In this document: in pieces, positions 46,944-58,300 of the stretch
Numbering within the stretch: the first letter of the stretch is position 1
Layout: each line of letters begins with the position of its first letter
NCBI GenBank assembly: GCA_003599275.1
Contig: QZJG01000005.1
Coordinates: 24,583-88,582 of the forward strand
Direction of reading: 5' to 3'
Length of the DNA stretch: 64,000 bases
DNA from: Nitrospiraceae bacterium
GTDB taxonomy: Bacteria > Nitrospirota > Thermodesulfovibrionia > UBA6902
Translations under genes and position numbers: made by a program
The notes under the pieces: model-generated
The model's database searches: none
Told to the model about the DNA's origin: nothing
Seen by the model: only the letters and a program-made list of their open reading frames with translations

Positions 46944-46980
46944 CACCCCCACCCTAACCCTCCCCCGTCAAGGGGGAGGG
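46944..46980. repeat. palindromic repeat, upstream arm flanking DUF559 #1
   Basis: CACCCCCACCCTAACCCTCCCCCGTCAAGGGGGAGGG; a partial third copy lies at about 60413-60441. Confidence 0.85.
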
Positions 46981-47084
46981 AAACAAGTTGTATCTCCCCA
47001 TTAATGGGCAGTGGATTTCTTACCCATGACCCCTGCCCCTCGGAATCGAGTTCGGCACGAATCTCCGATCGTACCCCCTTGACC

Positions 47085-48884
<1,800 letters not shown>

Positions 48885-48899
48885 GCCTGTTTTTGCCCT

Positions 48900-49238
48900 T
48901 TACTTCTTCGTCCTGAGATCAAGGCCGATGAGGATTTTATCAGTATTGGACATGTCGCCTATAAACTTTCTGATCGGCAGGGGGAGCTTTTTTATAAGGG
49001 TCGGCGCCGCAATGATCTGTTCACCCTTTGCAAGCACCGGCTGCTGGAAGATATCTACAATCTCAAGTTCGTAGCGGCCTTTGAGATGCTCCTCACAAAT
49101 TCCCTTTATGTTCATGACGGCCTTCATGGACCTCGGCGTCATGCCGGTCACGTAGAGCTTCAGTATATATTTCTCTTTGCTCTTCTCACCGGCCATTTCC
49201 TCTAAATTGCTGATTGTATCTTCGGTCTTCCTTTTCAT
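48900..49238 (-). CDS. kaiB: circadian clock protein KaiB homologue
   Basis: YILKLYVTGMTPRS..A..N...ICEEHL.G.YELEIVDI..QP.LA...QIIAAPTL.K.LP.P.RKFIGDMS. Confidence 0.95.
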   Translation of the reverse strand: MKRKTEDTISNLEEMAGEKSKEKYILKLYVTGMTPRSMKAVMNIKGICEEHLKGRYELEIVDIFQQPVLAKGEQIIAAPTLIKKLPLPIRKFIGDMSNTDKILIGLDLRTKK

Positions 49239-49245
49239 ATCGTCC

Positions 49246-49620
49246 TCATTTCCCTACCCTCAGATCGAGGCCCACAAGGACCCGCTCTGTATTGGAGAGG
49301 TCGCCTATTATTTTCCTTATCGGCACGGGAAGTTTTCTTACAAGTGTGGGAAGCGCAAGTATCTGATCGCCCTTCGCAAGCTGGGGATTTTTCAAAAGGT
49401 CTATCACCTCTATTTTATATATGCCTTTCAGGTGCTCTTCGCAGAGATTCTTAAGGTTGTTAAAGGCGGTGACGGACTTAGGGGTCTGGCCTGCTACGTA
49501 GAGTTTGAGCTCCCATATTTCACCCGCCGGTTCTCCTTTTGCGGGTTTAGATAATGCCTTCCGGTTTTTTGCCGGTGACTTCGACGATGTTTTCTTTTCG
49601 GTTTTTGCAGCAGCGCTCAT
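49246..49620 (-). CDS. kaiB: circadian clock protein KaiB homologue
   Basis: [17 protein letters not shown]...[53 protein letters not shown]. Confidence 0.95.
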   Translation of the reverse strand: MSAAAKTEKKTSSKSPAKNRKALSKPAKGEPAGEIWELKLYVAGQTPKSVTAFNNLKNLCEEHLKGIYKIEVIDLLKNPQLAKGDQILALPTLVRKLPVPIRKIIGDLSNTERVLVGLDLRVGK

Positions 49621-49671
49621 CTTTTCCTCCCTTTTGTACTGCCCCTAACAGTTCTTTATATTTTCCGGGCT

Positions 49672-49736
49672 GTCATTCCGGCTTGTCCGGAATCTTCCCT
49701 TTTTAAAAGAAGGATTCCCGACGTTGCGGGAATGAC
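49672..49736. repeat. REP-like element between kaiC and kaiB
   Basis: GTCATTCCGGCTTGTCCGGAATC...GGATTCCC-GACGTTGC-GGGAATGAC. Confidence 0.8.
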
Positions 49737-49772
49737 GGATAACGTATATCTATTAATAAGACAGGACACTTG

Positions 49773-51497
49773 CTATTTCTGTTTGTATATCCGTCCCTTT
49801 TTTTTCGACGATGCGTCCGCCTTGCGCATGCCTGCTATAACGCCGCGGTCTGCGGCAAGGGCATTTTCTTTCAGCTCCTGTTCCTTCACGCTGGCCAGCA
49901 GTGCCTCTTCAGCAGATTCGTACTCTGCGCGGACTTCATTTATCTTTGCCTCCATGATCAGCCGCTTTCTCTCGAGCTCTCGTTTGACCCTTTCGAGCTC
50001 TTCCCTGCGGACAACGGACTCTGCCTTTTCCTTCATCTCCTGGACCCTCCGGGCTGAGCCGGTCAGTACCATGCCCTGTCCCACGTACACATCGGTGAGG
50101 TCTATGCCCTTGGCTGTTATCAGGAACTCCCGTATCTGGTTGGAGTGCGCCATGCCTCTTGACTTAAGCACGTAGAGACCCCGGGTGCGCTCTCCATTAT
50201 ATTCGATATCACGAAGGAGGAGCCACGTGTCCATGAGGGACGTTACCGCGACCACGGTCTGCTCCAGGTTCTGACCTCCGTGGGTGAGGCTTGTGCAGAG
50301 GGTGGTGATATAACTGGATTTCAGTATATCGATCATCCTCATCAGCATGGCCTTGACTTCATCCACTGACCCGATATTTGTCATGCCGGTAATCGGATCT
50401 ATAACCGCAATGTTCGGCCGGAATTCCCTGATCAGCTTATTGATTGTGACGAGGTGCATCTCCAATCCGGAGTATGTCGGCCTTGCCACATGAAAGTGCA
50501 GAAGCCCCTTCTTCACCCAGGGGGCGAGGTCAAGACCGATGGACTTGGCATTCCGGATGATCTGGTGTGCGGATTCCTCTGAGGCCATATAAAGGCACCG
50601 CTCGCCCCGGCTGCACGCCTTGTTGACGAGGTGCATGGCCAGGCTTGTCTTTCCTGTGCCTGCCGTGCCTGATACAAGGATGCTGCTGCCCCGGTAATAG
50701 CCTTTGCCGTCAAGCATCGCGTCGAGTCTCGGGATGCCGGTCGGCACGCGCTCGTCGGTCGCTTTGTGATTGAGCCCGACAGAAGTTATAGGCAGGACTG
50801 AAAAGCCGGTCTCATCGATCAGGAAGGGATATTCGTTCGTGCCGTGTACGGAACCACGATATTTGACGATCCGCAGGCGGCGCGTCGATATCTGCTCCGT
50901 CACCCTATGGTCGAGCATGATAACGCAGTCGGCCACATATTCTTCAAGCCCGTGGCGGGTAAGGGTGCCTTCCCCCTTTTCTCCGGTGATGATAGCGGTG
51001 ACTCCCTGCGCTTTTAACCACCTGAAAAGGCGGCGCAGCTCCGCGCGCAGGACATTGGGGTTAGGCAGCCCTGAAAAAAGGGCCTCGATAGTATCGATCA
51101 CTACCCTCTTTGCTCCGACGGATTTGATGGCATGGTCAAGTCTGATGAATAGCCCTTCAAGGTCATATTCCCCCGTCTCCTCGATCTCGCTCCGCTCGAT
51201 ATATACATAATCGACAACTATCTTCTTTTTCTTTGAAAGGTCTTCAAGGTCAAAGCCGAGCGAGGCGACGTTCTTTGTCAGCTCCTCCGCGTTCTCCTCA
51301 AAGGCCATGAATACACCCGGTTCATTAAACTGGACCGCGCCGCGCACCAGGAATTCCATTGCGAGCAGGGTCTTGCCGCAGCCCGCGCTCCCGCAGACCA
51401 GCGTGGGGCGGCCCTTCGGCAGCCCGCCTTGCGTTATCTCGTCGAGGCCCTGGATGCCGGTCGCGCATTTCTTAAGGGCTGACATCATTTTTTGCAT
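49773..51497 (-). CDS. kaiC: double-domain circadian clock protein KaiC (KaiC2-like, C-terminal coiled coil)
   Basis: CI Walker A GSAGCGKT with FEE; CII GTAGTGKT with SEE; KYRGS and KSRGMAHSNQIREF; AAGGA SD before ATG 51497 (alternative start 51527). Confidence 0.96.
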   Translation of the reverse strand: MQKMMSALKKCATGIQGLDEITQGGLPKGRPTLVCGSAGCGKTLLAMEFLVRGAVQFNEPGVFMAFEENAEELTKNVASLGFDLEDLSKKKKIVVDYVYIERSEIEETGEYDLEGLFIRLDHAIKSVGAKRVVIDTIEALFSGLPNPNVLRAELRRLFRWLKAQGVTAIITGEKGEGTLTRHGLEEYVADCVIMLDHRVTEQISTRRLRIVKYRGSVHGTNEYPFLIDETGFSVLPITSVGLNHKATDERVPTGIPRLDAMLDGKGYYRGSSILVSGTAGTGKTSLAMHLVNKACSRGERCLYMASEESAHQIIRNAKSIGLDLAPWVKKGLLHFHVARPTYSGLEMHLVTINKLIREFRPNIAVIDPITGMTNIGSVDEVKAMLMRMIDILKSSYITTLCTSLTHGGQNLEQTVVAVTSLMDTWLLLRDIEYNGERTRGLYVLKSRGMAHSNQIREFLITAKGIDLTDVYVGQGMVLTGSARRVQEMKEKAESVVRREELERVKRELERKRLIMEAKINEVRAEYESAEEALLASVKEQELKENALAADRGVIAGMRKADASSKKKGRIYKQK

Positions 51498-51532
51498 GCT
51501 CGTCTTCCTTTCTGAATATGGTTTCATAATGT

Positions 51533-54500
51533 TTATTGTTCGTCTTCAAAGTCGAGGGCATAGCGCAAAGGCAGGCCTGCCCGTGCGCAGAGCTCGTTTA
51601 TTTCTTTTTTCAATTCTATCATGCGCAGCTCCCGGCCGACCGCGGCATTGTTAAAGCGGGTCAATTCCTCATATCTGGCGCGCAATTCCTCCTCCGCCTT
51701 CTTTCGCTCGGTGATATCGTGGGCGACGTGCACCGAGGCGATCAACTTTCCCTGTTCATCAAACATCGGGGTGGTGGTAACCAGCAAGTCCATACCGAGA
51801 TGCTCTTCGTGTATCTCCTGGACGTGCTCGCGGCCGTCCTTAATGGTGCGGGAATGAGGGCAGAAATCAGGCGGGGCCGTTGTCCCGTGCACGGCCTCAT
51901 AACACTTCATCCCGACGCACTCTTCAGGCTTGCGTCCGAGACGCCTTGCCATTGATTCGTTTACCCGCATGATCGTGTGGTTATTGTCGAGTATCGCTAT
52001 CATGTCCGGAACGTTTGCGAAGGTCCGCTCCCATTCCTCCCTTGCGCGGCTGATCTCCTCCGCGGCCCGTTTGCGCTCCGTGATATCGCGCTCGGTAGTC
52101 GCAATGGCGACCGGTTTCCCCGTATCGTCAGCCAATACGGTCGCGGTCTGCCAGATGTCCAGAACGCGGCCGTCCTTTGTGAGACGCTTCGTCTCGAACG
52201 GGGACACTGGCTCGCCGAGGTACAGGGTTTCGAGGTACGCAAGCGCCTCTGAGAGCTTCTCAGCCGGTATCGTGTCTCTGATCTTCATCTTCAGTGCCTC
52301 GGTCTCGGTCCAGCCGAACAACCGCTCCGCCCCATGGTTCCAGACCGTGATATTTCCCTCGAAGTCATGGACCATTATCGCGTCGTTGGAATCCCGAAGC
52401 ACGGCGGCCAGCTTGCGCGAGGCCTCAGCGAGATGTCTTGTGCGCTCCTCCGCCAATTTGATCTCGGTGACGTCGCTATAGGTGATGATCACGCCCTCGA
52501 TACGGTTGTCGGAAGTTCTGTACGGGAGCGCGGTCCTGACATACCAGACATCCTTGAGCAGGATTTCATTCTTCACCGGGACAAGGTTGTCGAGAACGGT
52601 TTGCGCGTCGGCGATCAGGTCTGGGCCGACAGCCTCCTGCGACATATCCGCAATCGGCCTTCCCACGTCGGAGGGGATGAGCTTCAGCAGCCTTGACATG
52701 GCGGGGGTGAAGCGTTTCACCCTGAGCCGGTGATCAAGAAATACTGTAGGTATATTTGTGCTTGCGAGAAAGTTGTTCAGGTCGTTGTTGGTCTCATCCT
52801 GCTCCTCGATCTTGCCCTGGAGCTGGGAATTCACGGTAATAAGCTCTTCATTCAGAGATTGCAGCTCTTCCCTCGAGGTCTCAAGCTCCTCGTTGGCTGC
52901 CTGCAATTCCTCGTTGGATGATTGCAGCTCTTCGTTGAGGCTCTTAAGCTGCTCAATATGGCTCTGGAGGTCCGTGCGCGTTGCCGAAAGCTCGCTTTCA
53001 AGCTGGCGGATGGCATTGACATCAACGTCAGCGGCCTCCATAGCAGCGGCTTCCTGCTCGGAGATCCCGCCCTTCTCATGGAACACGATAAGGGACAGGT
53101 CCCCTTTCAATCTTGAAATGCGCAGAGTGACCTGGATTTTCTTCTCGTCATCTCCGGGTATGCTGGCCCGGATCGAGACAGGTTTTGCCTCCCGGGTCGT
53201 CCTGTAGATCGCCCCCCGGACCCTGCTTCGCAGGTTTTCAGAGAGGAGCTCAAGCAGGTTCTGCGTGGGCGCGCCACGGGGCTGGCGGAGGTACCTGTTG
53301 GTGGGGCCGTTATGGTAAATGATGTCGTAATATTGATTGATCGCCACTGCCGCAGGGGCATATTCCTCAAGCAGGGACTCCTGGATGGCCCCGGTGACGG
53401 ACTGCTGCTCCGTGATCGACGCCCGCGTTGGAAGAGGCACAGCGCGCTCCGATGCAAAGGGAACCGGAAGCGGCAGTCTTGCGGAAGTCGTTGCCTCGAT
53501 CTTTTGATAGACGCGGCATTTTTTATGGGCCAGGGACCTGAAGAGGGAACTGCTTCTGCCGACGGACTCCGCATTGCCGAGGAAGAGATAGCCCCCCTCT
53601 TTAAGCGCATAATGAAACAGGGTGATGCATTTCTCCTGGGCCAGAGGTTCGAGATATATGAGCAGGTTGCGGCAGATGATCAGGTCGAGCCGCGAAAACG
53701 GCGGGTCTGTGAGAAGGTCCTGTTTGGCAACCACCACGCGCTCGCGTATCTCTTTGCCGATAATCACCGAAAGGCCGTCTTCGGAGCATGTGAAATATCT
53801 CTTCATGAAATCCGGCGGCACGTCGGCGGCAATGCTGCCGGGGTATTTGCCTTCACGCGCCTTATCGAGCGCCCGGTCGTTGACGTCCGTGGCAAAGACC
53901 TGTATCTCCCTCTTCCTCCCGGCAAGCTCAAACTCGTTGTGAAGCATCATGGCAATGGAATACGCCTCTTCCCCGGTTGCGCACGCTGGGGTCCAGACCC
54001 GGACAGGGAAGTCATTCTCTTCCGCTGCGAGCTTCCTTATCACGCCGAGATTGAGGGCCTTCCATGCCAGCCTGTCACGGAAAAAAGAGGTGACCCCTAT
54101 CATGAAGTCGGCGGCAAGGGCGCCTGCCTCGGCGTCATTTTCCGCCACCATTTCCATGTAATCCTTCACCGACAGGACCCCGCGCAGGTACATGCGCCTC
54201 CTGATCCTGCGGTTGATTACGTTCTGTTTATAATAATTAAAGCGGTACCCGGTCTTCTCAATTATCAGCCGGTAGAAGGTCTCGAAATCTTCCCCTGTAA
54301 TAACGCCTTCAGTGCTTATTGAGGCGGCCCCGTGGAGCTTCAATATCTCTGCGGCGATTTCCTCAGGCGACAGCACGCCGTCCGCCTTCCCCGTATCTAT
54401 GGCGGCGAGAGGCATTCCCGGAAACTCGGCAGTGGCCGGTGCCTGGACAAAGACCGTCCCGCCCGCATTCTTTATTTCGTGAATTCCACGCGCCCCGTCC

Positions 54501-54904
54501 GTGCCTGCCCCGGAGAAGATGACCGCTATGGCCCGCTCCCCGGCGTCTTCGGCAAGGGAAATGAAGAACTCATCGATGGGCAGATGAAAGTGCCCACCGG
54601 AAAGCGGCGCTGTATGAAGGACCCCTTTCTCAATTCGTAGCTCCACCCCCGGCGGACAGAGATAAAGTCTTCCGGGAAGGACCTCCATTCCGTCGGTTAT
54701 CTCCTTTATATCAATAGAAGGTCTTCCGGAGCGGAGCAGGCCGGGAAGAAGGTTCCCGTGTTTATGCGAAAGGTGCTGGAGAAAGACGATTGCAAAACCG
54801 AGGTCCTTCGGCAATACATTCAGGAAGCATTGGATGGAGTTTAGACCGCCTGCCGAAGCGCCGATGGCTACTATGGGGAAATCTTTGTCAGGCATGGTGG
54901 ACAT
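51533..54904 (-). CDS. CheB-CheR-PAS fusion without a C-terminal kinase domain
   Basis: GASAGG/QHL/GTDG CheB triad; IGVTSFFRD, ACATGEEAYS, FATDV, ICRNLLIY CheR; EELQSSNEEL coiled coil; PAS domains; ends VGRELRMIELKKEINEL. Confidence 0.93.
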   Translation of the reverse strand: MSTMPDKDFPIVAIGASAGGLNSIQCFLNVLPKDLGFAIVFLQHLSHKHGNLLPGLLRSGRPSIDIKEITDGMEVLPGRLYLCPPGVELRIEKGVLHTAPLSGGHFHLPIDEFFISLAEDAGERAIAVIFSGAGTDGARGIHEIKNAGGTVFVQAPATAEFPGMPLAAIDTGKADGVLSPEEIAAEILKLHGAASISTEGVITGEDFETFYRLIIEKTGYRFNYYKQNVINRRIRRRMYLRGVLSVKDYMEMVAENDAEAGALAADFMIGVTSFFRDRLAWKALNLGVIRKLAAEENDFPVRVWTPACATGEEAYSIAMMLHNEFELAGRKREIQVFATDVNDRALDKAREGKYPGSIAADVPPDFMKRYFTCSEDGLSVIIGKEIRERVVVAKQDLLTDPPFSRLDLIICRNLLIYLEPLAQEKCITLFHYALKEGGYLFLGNAESVGRSSSLFRSLAHKKCRVYQKIEATTSARLPLPVPFASERAVPLPTRASITEQQSVTGAIQESLLEEYAPAAVAINQYYDIIYHNGPTNRYLRQPRGAPTQNLLELLSENLRSRVRGAIYRTTREAKPVSIRASIPGDDEKKIQVTLRISRLKGDLSLIVFHEKGGISEQEAAAMEAADVDVNAIRQLESELSATRTDLQSHIEQLKSLNEELQSSNEELQAANEELETSREELQSLNEELITVNSQLQGKIEEQDETNNDLNNFLASTNIPTVFLDHRLRVKRFTPAMSRLLKLIPSDVGRPIADMSQEAVGPDLIADAQTVLDNLVPVKNEILLKDVWYVRTALPYRTSDNRIEGVIITYSDVTEIKLAEERTRHLAEASRKLAAVLRDSNDAIMVHDFEGNITVWNHGAERLFGWTETEALKMKIRDTIPAEKLSEALAYLETLYLGEPVSPFETKRLTKDGRVLDIWQTATVLADDTGKPVAIATTERDITERKRAAEEISRAREEWERTFANVPDMIAILDNNHTIMRVNESMARRLGRKPEECVGMKCYEAVHGTTAPPDFCPHSRTIKDGREHVQEIHEEHLGMDLLVTTTPMFDEQGKLIASVHVAHDITERKKAEEELRARYEELTRFNNAAVGRELRMIELKKEINELCARAGLPLRYALDFEDEQ

Positions 54905-54942
54905 AGATTGTTTCCTGGAAAATAGGTCTTAAAAGTCGTGAC

Positions 54943-55317
54943 TTATTTGTTCTTTATAAATTCCTCTATCTGTCCCACGAATTTCTCCGGGACTATCGGC
55001 TTATCGATGTAGCCGTCGAAGCCGGCGGAGAGCACCTTGTCGCGGTCGCCTACCATCGCCAATGCGGTAACTGCTACGAGCGGGATCTGGCGCAGCACCG
55101 GGTCCTTTTTGAGATATTTCGCAACTGCATAACCGTCTACTATGGGCAGGTGCACGTCGCAGATTATGAGGTCCAGCATCTCCCTTTTTGCCGTAGTTAT
55201 GCCTTCTTCACCATTATGCGCAATCAGGACCGTGTAGCCGAAGGAGCTGAGTAAATAGCTCATAAGCTCCATGTTCGCAGGGTTGTCTTCGATGATCAGT
55301 ATTCGTGCTTGTTGCAT
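54943..55317 (-). CDS. single-domain response regulator (DivK-like)
   Basis: ILIIEDN, IICDVHLP..DG, IPLVAVTALAMVGDR, GFDGYIDKPI. Confidence 0.93.
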   Translation of the reverse strand: MQQARILIIEDNPANMELMSYLLSSFGYTVLIAHNGEEGITTAKREMLDLIICDVHLPIVDGYAVAKYLKKDPVLRQIPLVAVTALAMVGDRDKVLSAGFDGYIDKPIVPEKFVGQIEEFIKNK

Positions 55318-55357
55318 TCGGATATTCTAACAGAAAATAAGTCCTATAGGACATAGG

Positions 55358-58300
55358 TCATATAGGACTTATAAGACCTATTCTTTCTTTCTCCATCTTC
55401 ATCATCTCATTGACCAGCCGCGCGTTCTCAAGGGAGATGGCGGCCTGGGAGGTGAGCAATTCGGTCATCTGCGTCTTCTCGGAGGTGAAGACCGCATCAG
55501 CAAGTCGGTTTTCTAAGTAGAGTATCCCGATCATCTTTGACTGCTTGATTACCGGCAGGCAAAGGACGGAGCGCAATTGCATGGACTGGACCTCCGGGTT
55601 GTCTTTGAACGCGCCCTCCTGTGAGGCGTTGTTCAGGATCAGACGCTCGCCGGTGCGGTATACGTAACGGACAACGGCCTTGCATATGTCCGTCGCGTCT
55701 TCGAGTTTAGAGTTTATAGAGTTTGAAGAGTTGTGGAGTTGCGGAGTTTTTGATGACTCTTTGAACTCTTTAACTCCTGAACTCTTTGACTCTCCCTTAT
55801 CGGCAGCGTGGCTCTCTGCCCGCACAAATAATTCGCCTTCTTCCTCGATCATGAGATAGCCGTGCTGGGCCCCGGAGCTTTCGATGACCACGTTCATGAT
55901 CTTCTTCAGTAGCGCGTCCTGCTCTATCTCGGCGGAGATGGCGAGGGACGACTTCATAAGGTATTCGATGTCAAGGTCGGGCAGTGTATACGGCGACGCC
56001 TGGACAGCCTCAAGCTGCGGGTATGAGGTCTTTTCTTCCTCGAAATACTCAGGGTATTTCGCAGTGAGGTTGATCTCCTTGCGCTCCGCCCTGCACTTGC
56101 CGTACAGGCGCGCAGCCTCCACAAAATACACCCTCTCAGGGAACTGGCCGGCCTGGAGCATATGCTCGCCCAGGCATTCATTGAGATGGCCTTCAAGGAA
56201 TATATACTTTTGCTTGTGCGCAAGGTTTATCGCGTCAAGGTAAAGACCCCGGGCCTCTTTGAATTCGCCGGTGACCCTCTCAAGCTCGGCATAGAGGAAG
56301 GCCAGATAGGGTTTAAGCAAAGGCCCCATCGCGGCCCACGTCTCGACCTTTTTGATAATGGGCCTGATCTCGGCCAATAATTTGTCTTTGCTTTTGAAGC
56401 CCGTGCCGCGCTCGTAAAGCTTAAGCGCGTTCAATACGCGGAAGACGTGCCACTGTCTCTTGAGCACGTTGTCGGTAAGACCGGACAGATATCTCCTTAC
56501 CCCGACGATGTACCGCTCGGCCTCTTCATATTCTCCGAAGTAATAATGCATCAGCGCCATGTGGACGTAATAGCTCCCGGCAGAGGCGATGTGATTGTCA
56601 CGCTCCCACTTCCTCAGTTTTTCATCCATGGACACGGGCGCGTAATCTTTTTTCATGGGAGCGGTCCAGCCCGCCTGCATGGCCTCGGCAAGGCCGACTG
56701 AAAAGGACAGGTGATACCTGTTTGAAAATTGCAGGCACTCCTTTGCCACGTCATCGATGATGGCCATGTCCGCGCCCTGCACCTGGAGGTTCCACATCAA
56801 CGGGCCGTATGAAAGCCCGGCGTTATACAGGTCGCCGCAGTTTTTCCCGCACTGGATTGACTTGAGGCAGTAATCCACGATCTCCCTCGGGTGGCTGCGT
56901 GAATGCATGTTGCACCAGACGATGCCGTTCATGCCGCGTGTTGCGCCGAAGGTGTTCGGGTATTTGGCGGAGAGGTCACGGGCCAGGTCTTCATATTTAA
57001 ACGCCTGCTCGAATTCCTCCTGCTCCCCCAATTGGAGCCCCATGATGCTGAAGGAATAGATCACGGACTCATCCATACCTCCTGCCAGGCAGTGCTGGGT
57101 AGACTGCGCGGCTGAGAGATACAATTGCGGCACAAGCCCGGACATGTACAAATCGGGGATAAGCTCGCTGTAGAAGGCCAGCTCGATCTTGCTCTTTCTG
57201 TCATCGGTAAAGGGCATGTTCAGGATCGTGTCCCACACGTCAACGTTCTTTGAGGCTATGGCGCTCATAAGCTCAGCCCTTCTCTTGTCCGCCTCATCCG
57301 CGCTTTCAGGGATGGCCTTATTGAAATAGGCAAGCCCCCGGTTCGCGGTCTCAATCGCCTTTATAAAATTGCCTATGGATGACAAGGAGGTCGTCTGCTC
57401 CGCAAGGCACTCCGCCTTGTCCAAGTCGGTCTTTGCATGGTCAAGGAGCTGGGTGAGCAGTCTTTCGGAGTTCCCGTAATTGCCGCACATAAGCTCCGTC
57501 TTTGCGGCCTTCTTATATATCTTGAAGGTGCTTTCATAATATGCTTCTTCCCAGCAGTCCTGGGGCAGCAGCTCCCTGCTTATGCTGAAATACTCATTCG
57601 CAGCCTCCGTGGCCAGGGAGTCAAGGGCCTTGTTGCCTGCGTGGTAGTTGATGTCGGAGAGAAAATACGCGGTATCTTTGTCGGGATGCTCTTCTTTCCC
57701 AAGGTGGAGATGGGAGACAATGGTGAACAGGTTATCGAGCTTTTCAAGCTCGGCCCCCGGTGGAACAGCGGAAAGGAGGTAGCTGCCGACCTCGCGGTGG
57801 ATCTCGCGCCGCCTTTTTGCGGGTATCGCGGAAAGTACCGCCTCCTGCACGCGGTCGTGAATGAACTGGAGCTGGTTTTTATTTTCCATAAGCAGGCCCT
57901 GTCCGAGGGCGGGCTTGAGCATCTCAAAGGTCCCAAGCAATGTTATATCCCTGATAGCGGATATCTCGGTAGGCGAAAAGGTATTGCCCATACACGCGCA
58001 GTATTCAAGAAGGGCCACAAGGTCGGGAGGGAGCCTCCGTATCTTGGAGCTGAAAAGCGCGACTACCGTGGTCGGCATGTTGGACTGCCTGATCTTGTCC
58101 AGGTCCCACCGCCACTGCCTGTCGCTGTCAAGGAACAGGAGGTCTTCATTATGGAGATAGGACAGACTTTCACTGACGAACAGCGGGTTTCCTTCGCTCA
58201 GGGTATTTATGAAATCCGCCAGGCTCCTTGTCTGCGGCCTGGGGGAATCAAGGATGTATGAGACCATCTCATGACAATGCTGGGGCTTCAATGGCTCCAG

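Noticed and set aside
46546-46980. DUF559 and TA inserts as integron cassettes or IS elements
   Set aside because: No attC RYYYAAC/GTTRRRY ends recognised, no integrase, and no DDE or HUH transposase in the window
48900-51527. A complete cyanobacterial-type KaiABC oscillator
   Set aside because: No kaiA, sasA or rpaA recognisable in the window; self-sustained rhythm cannot be inferred from sequence
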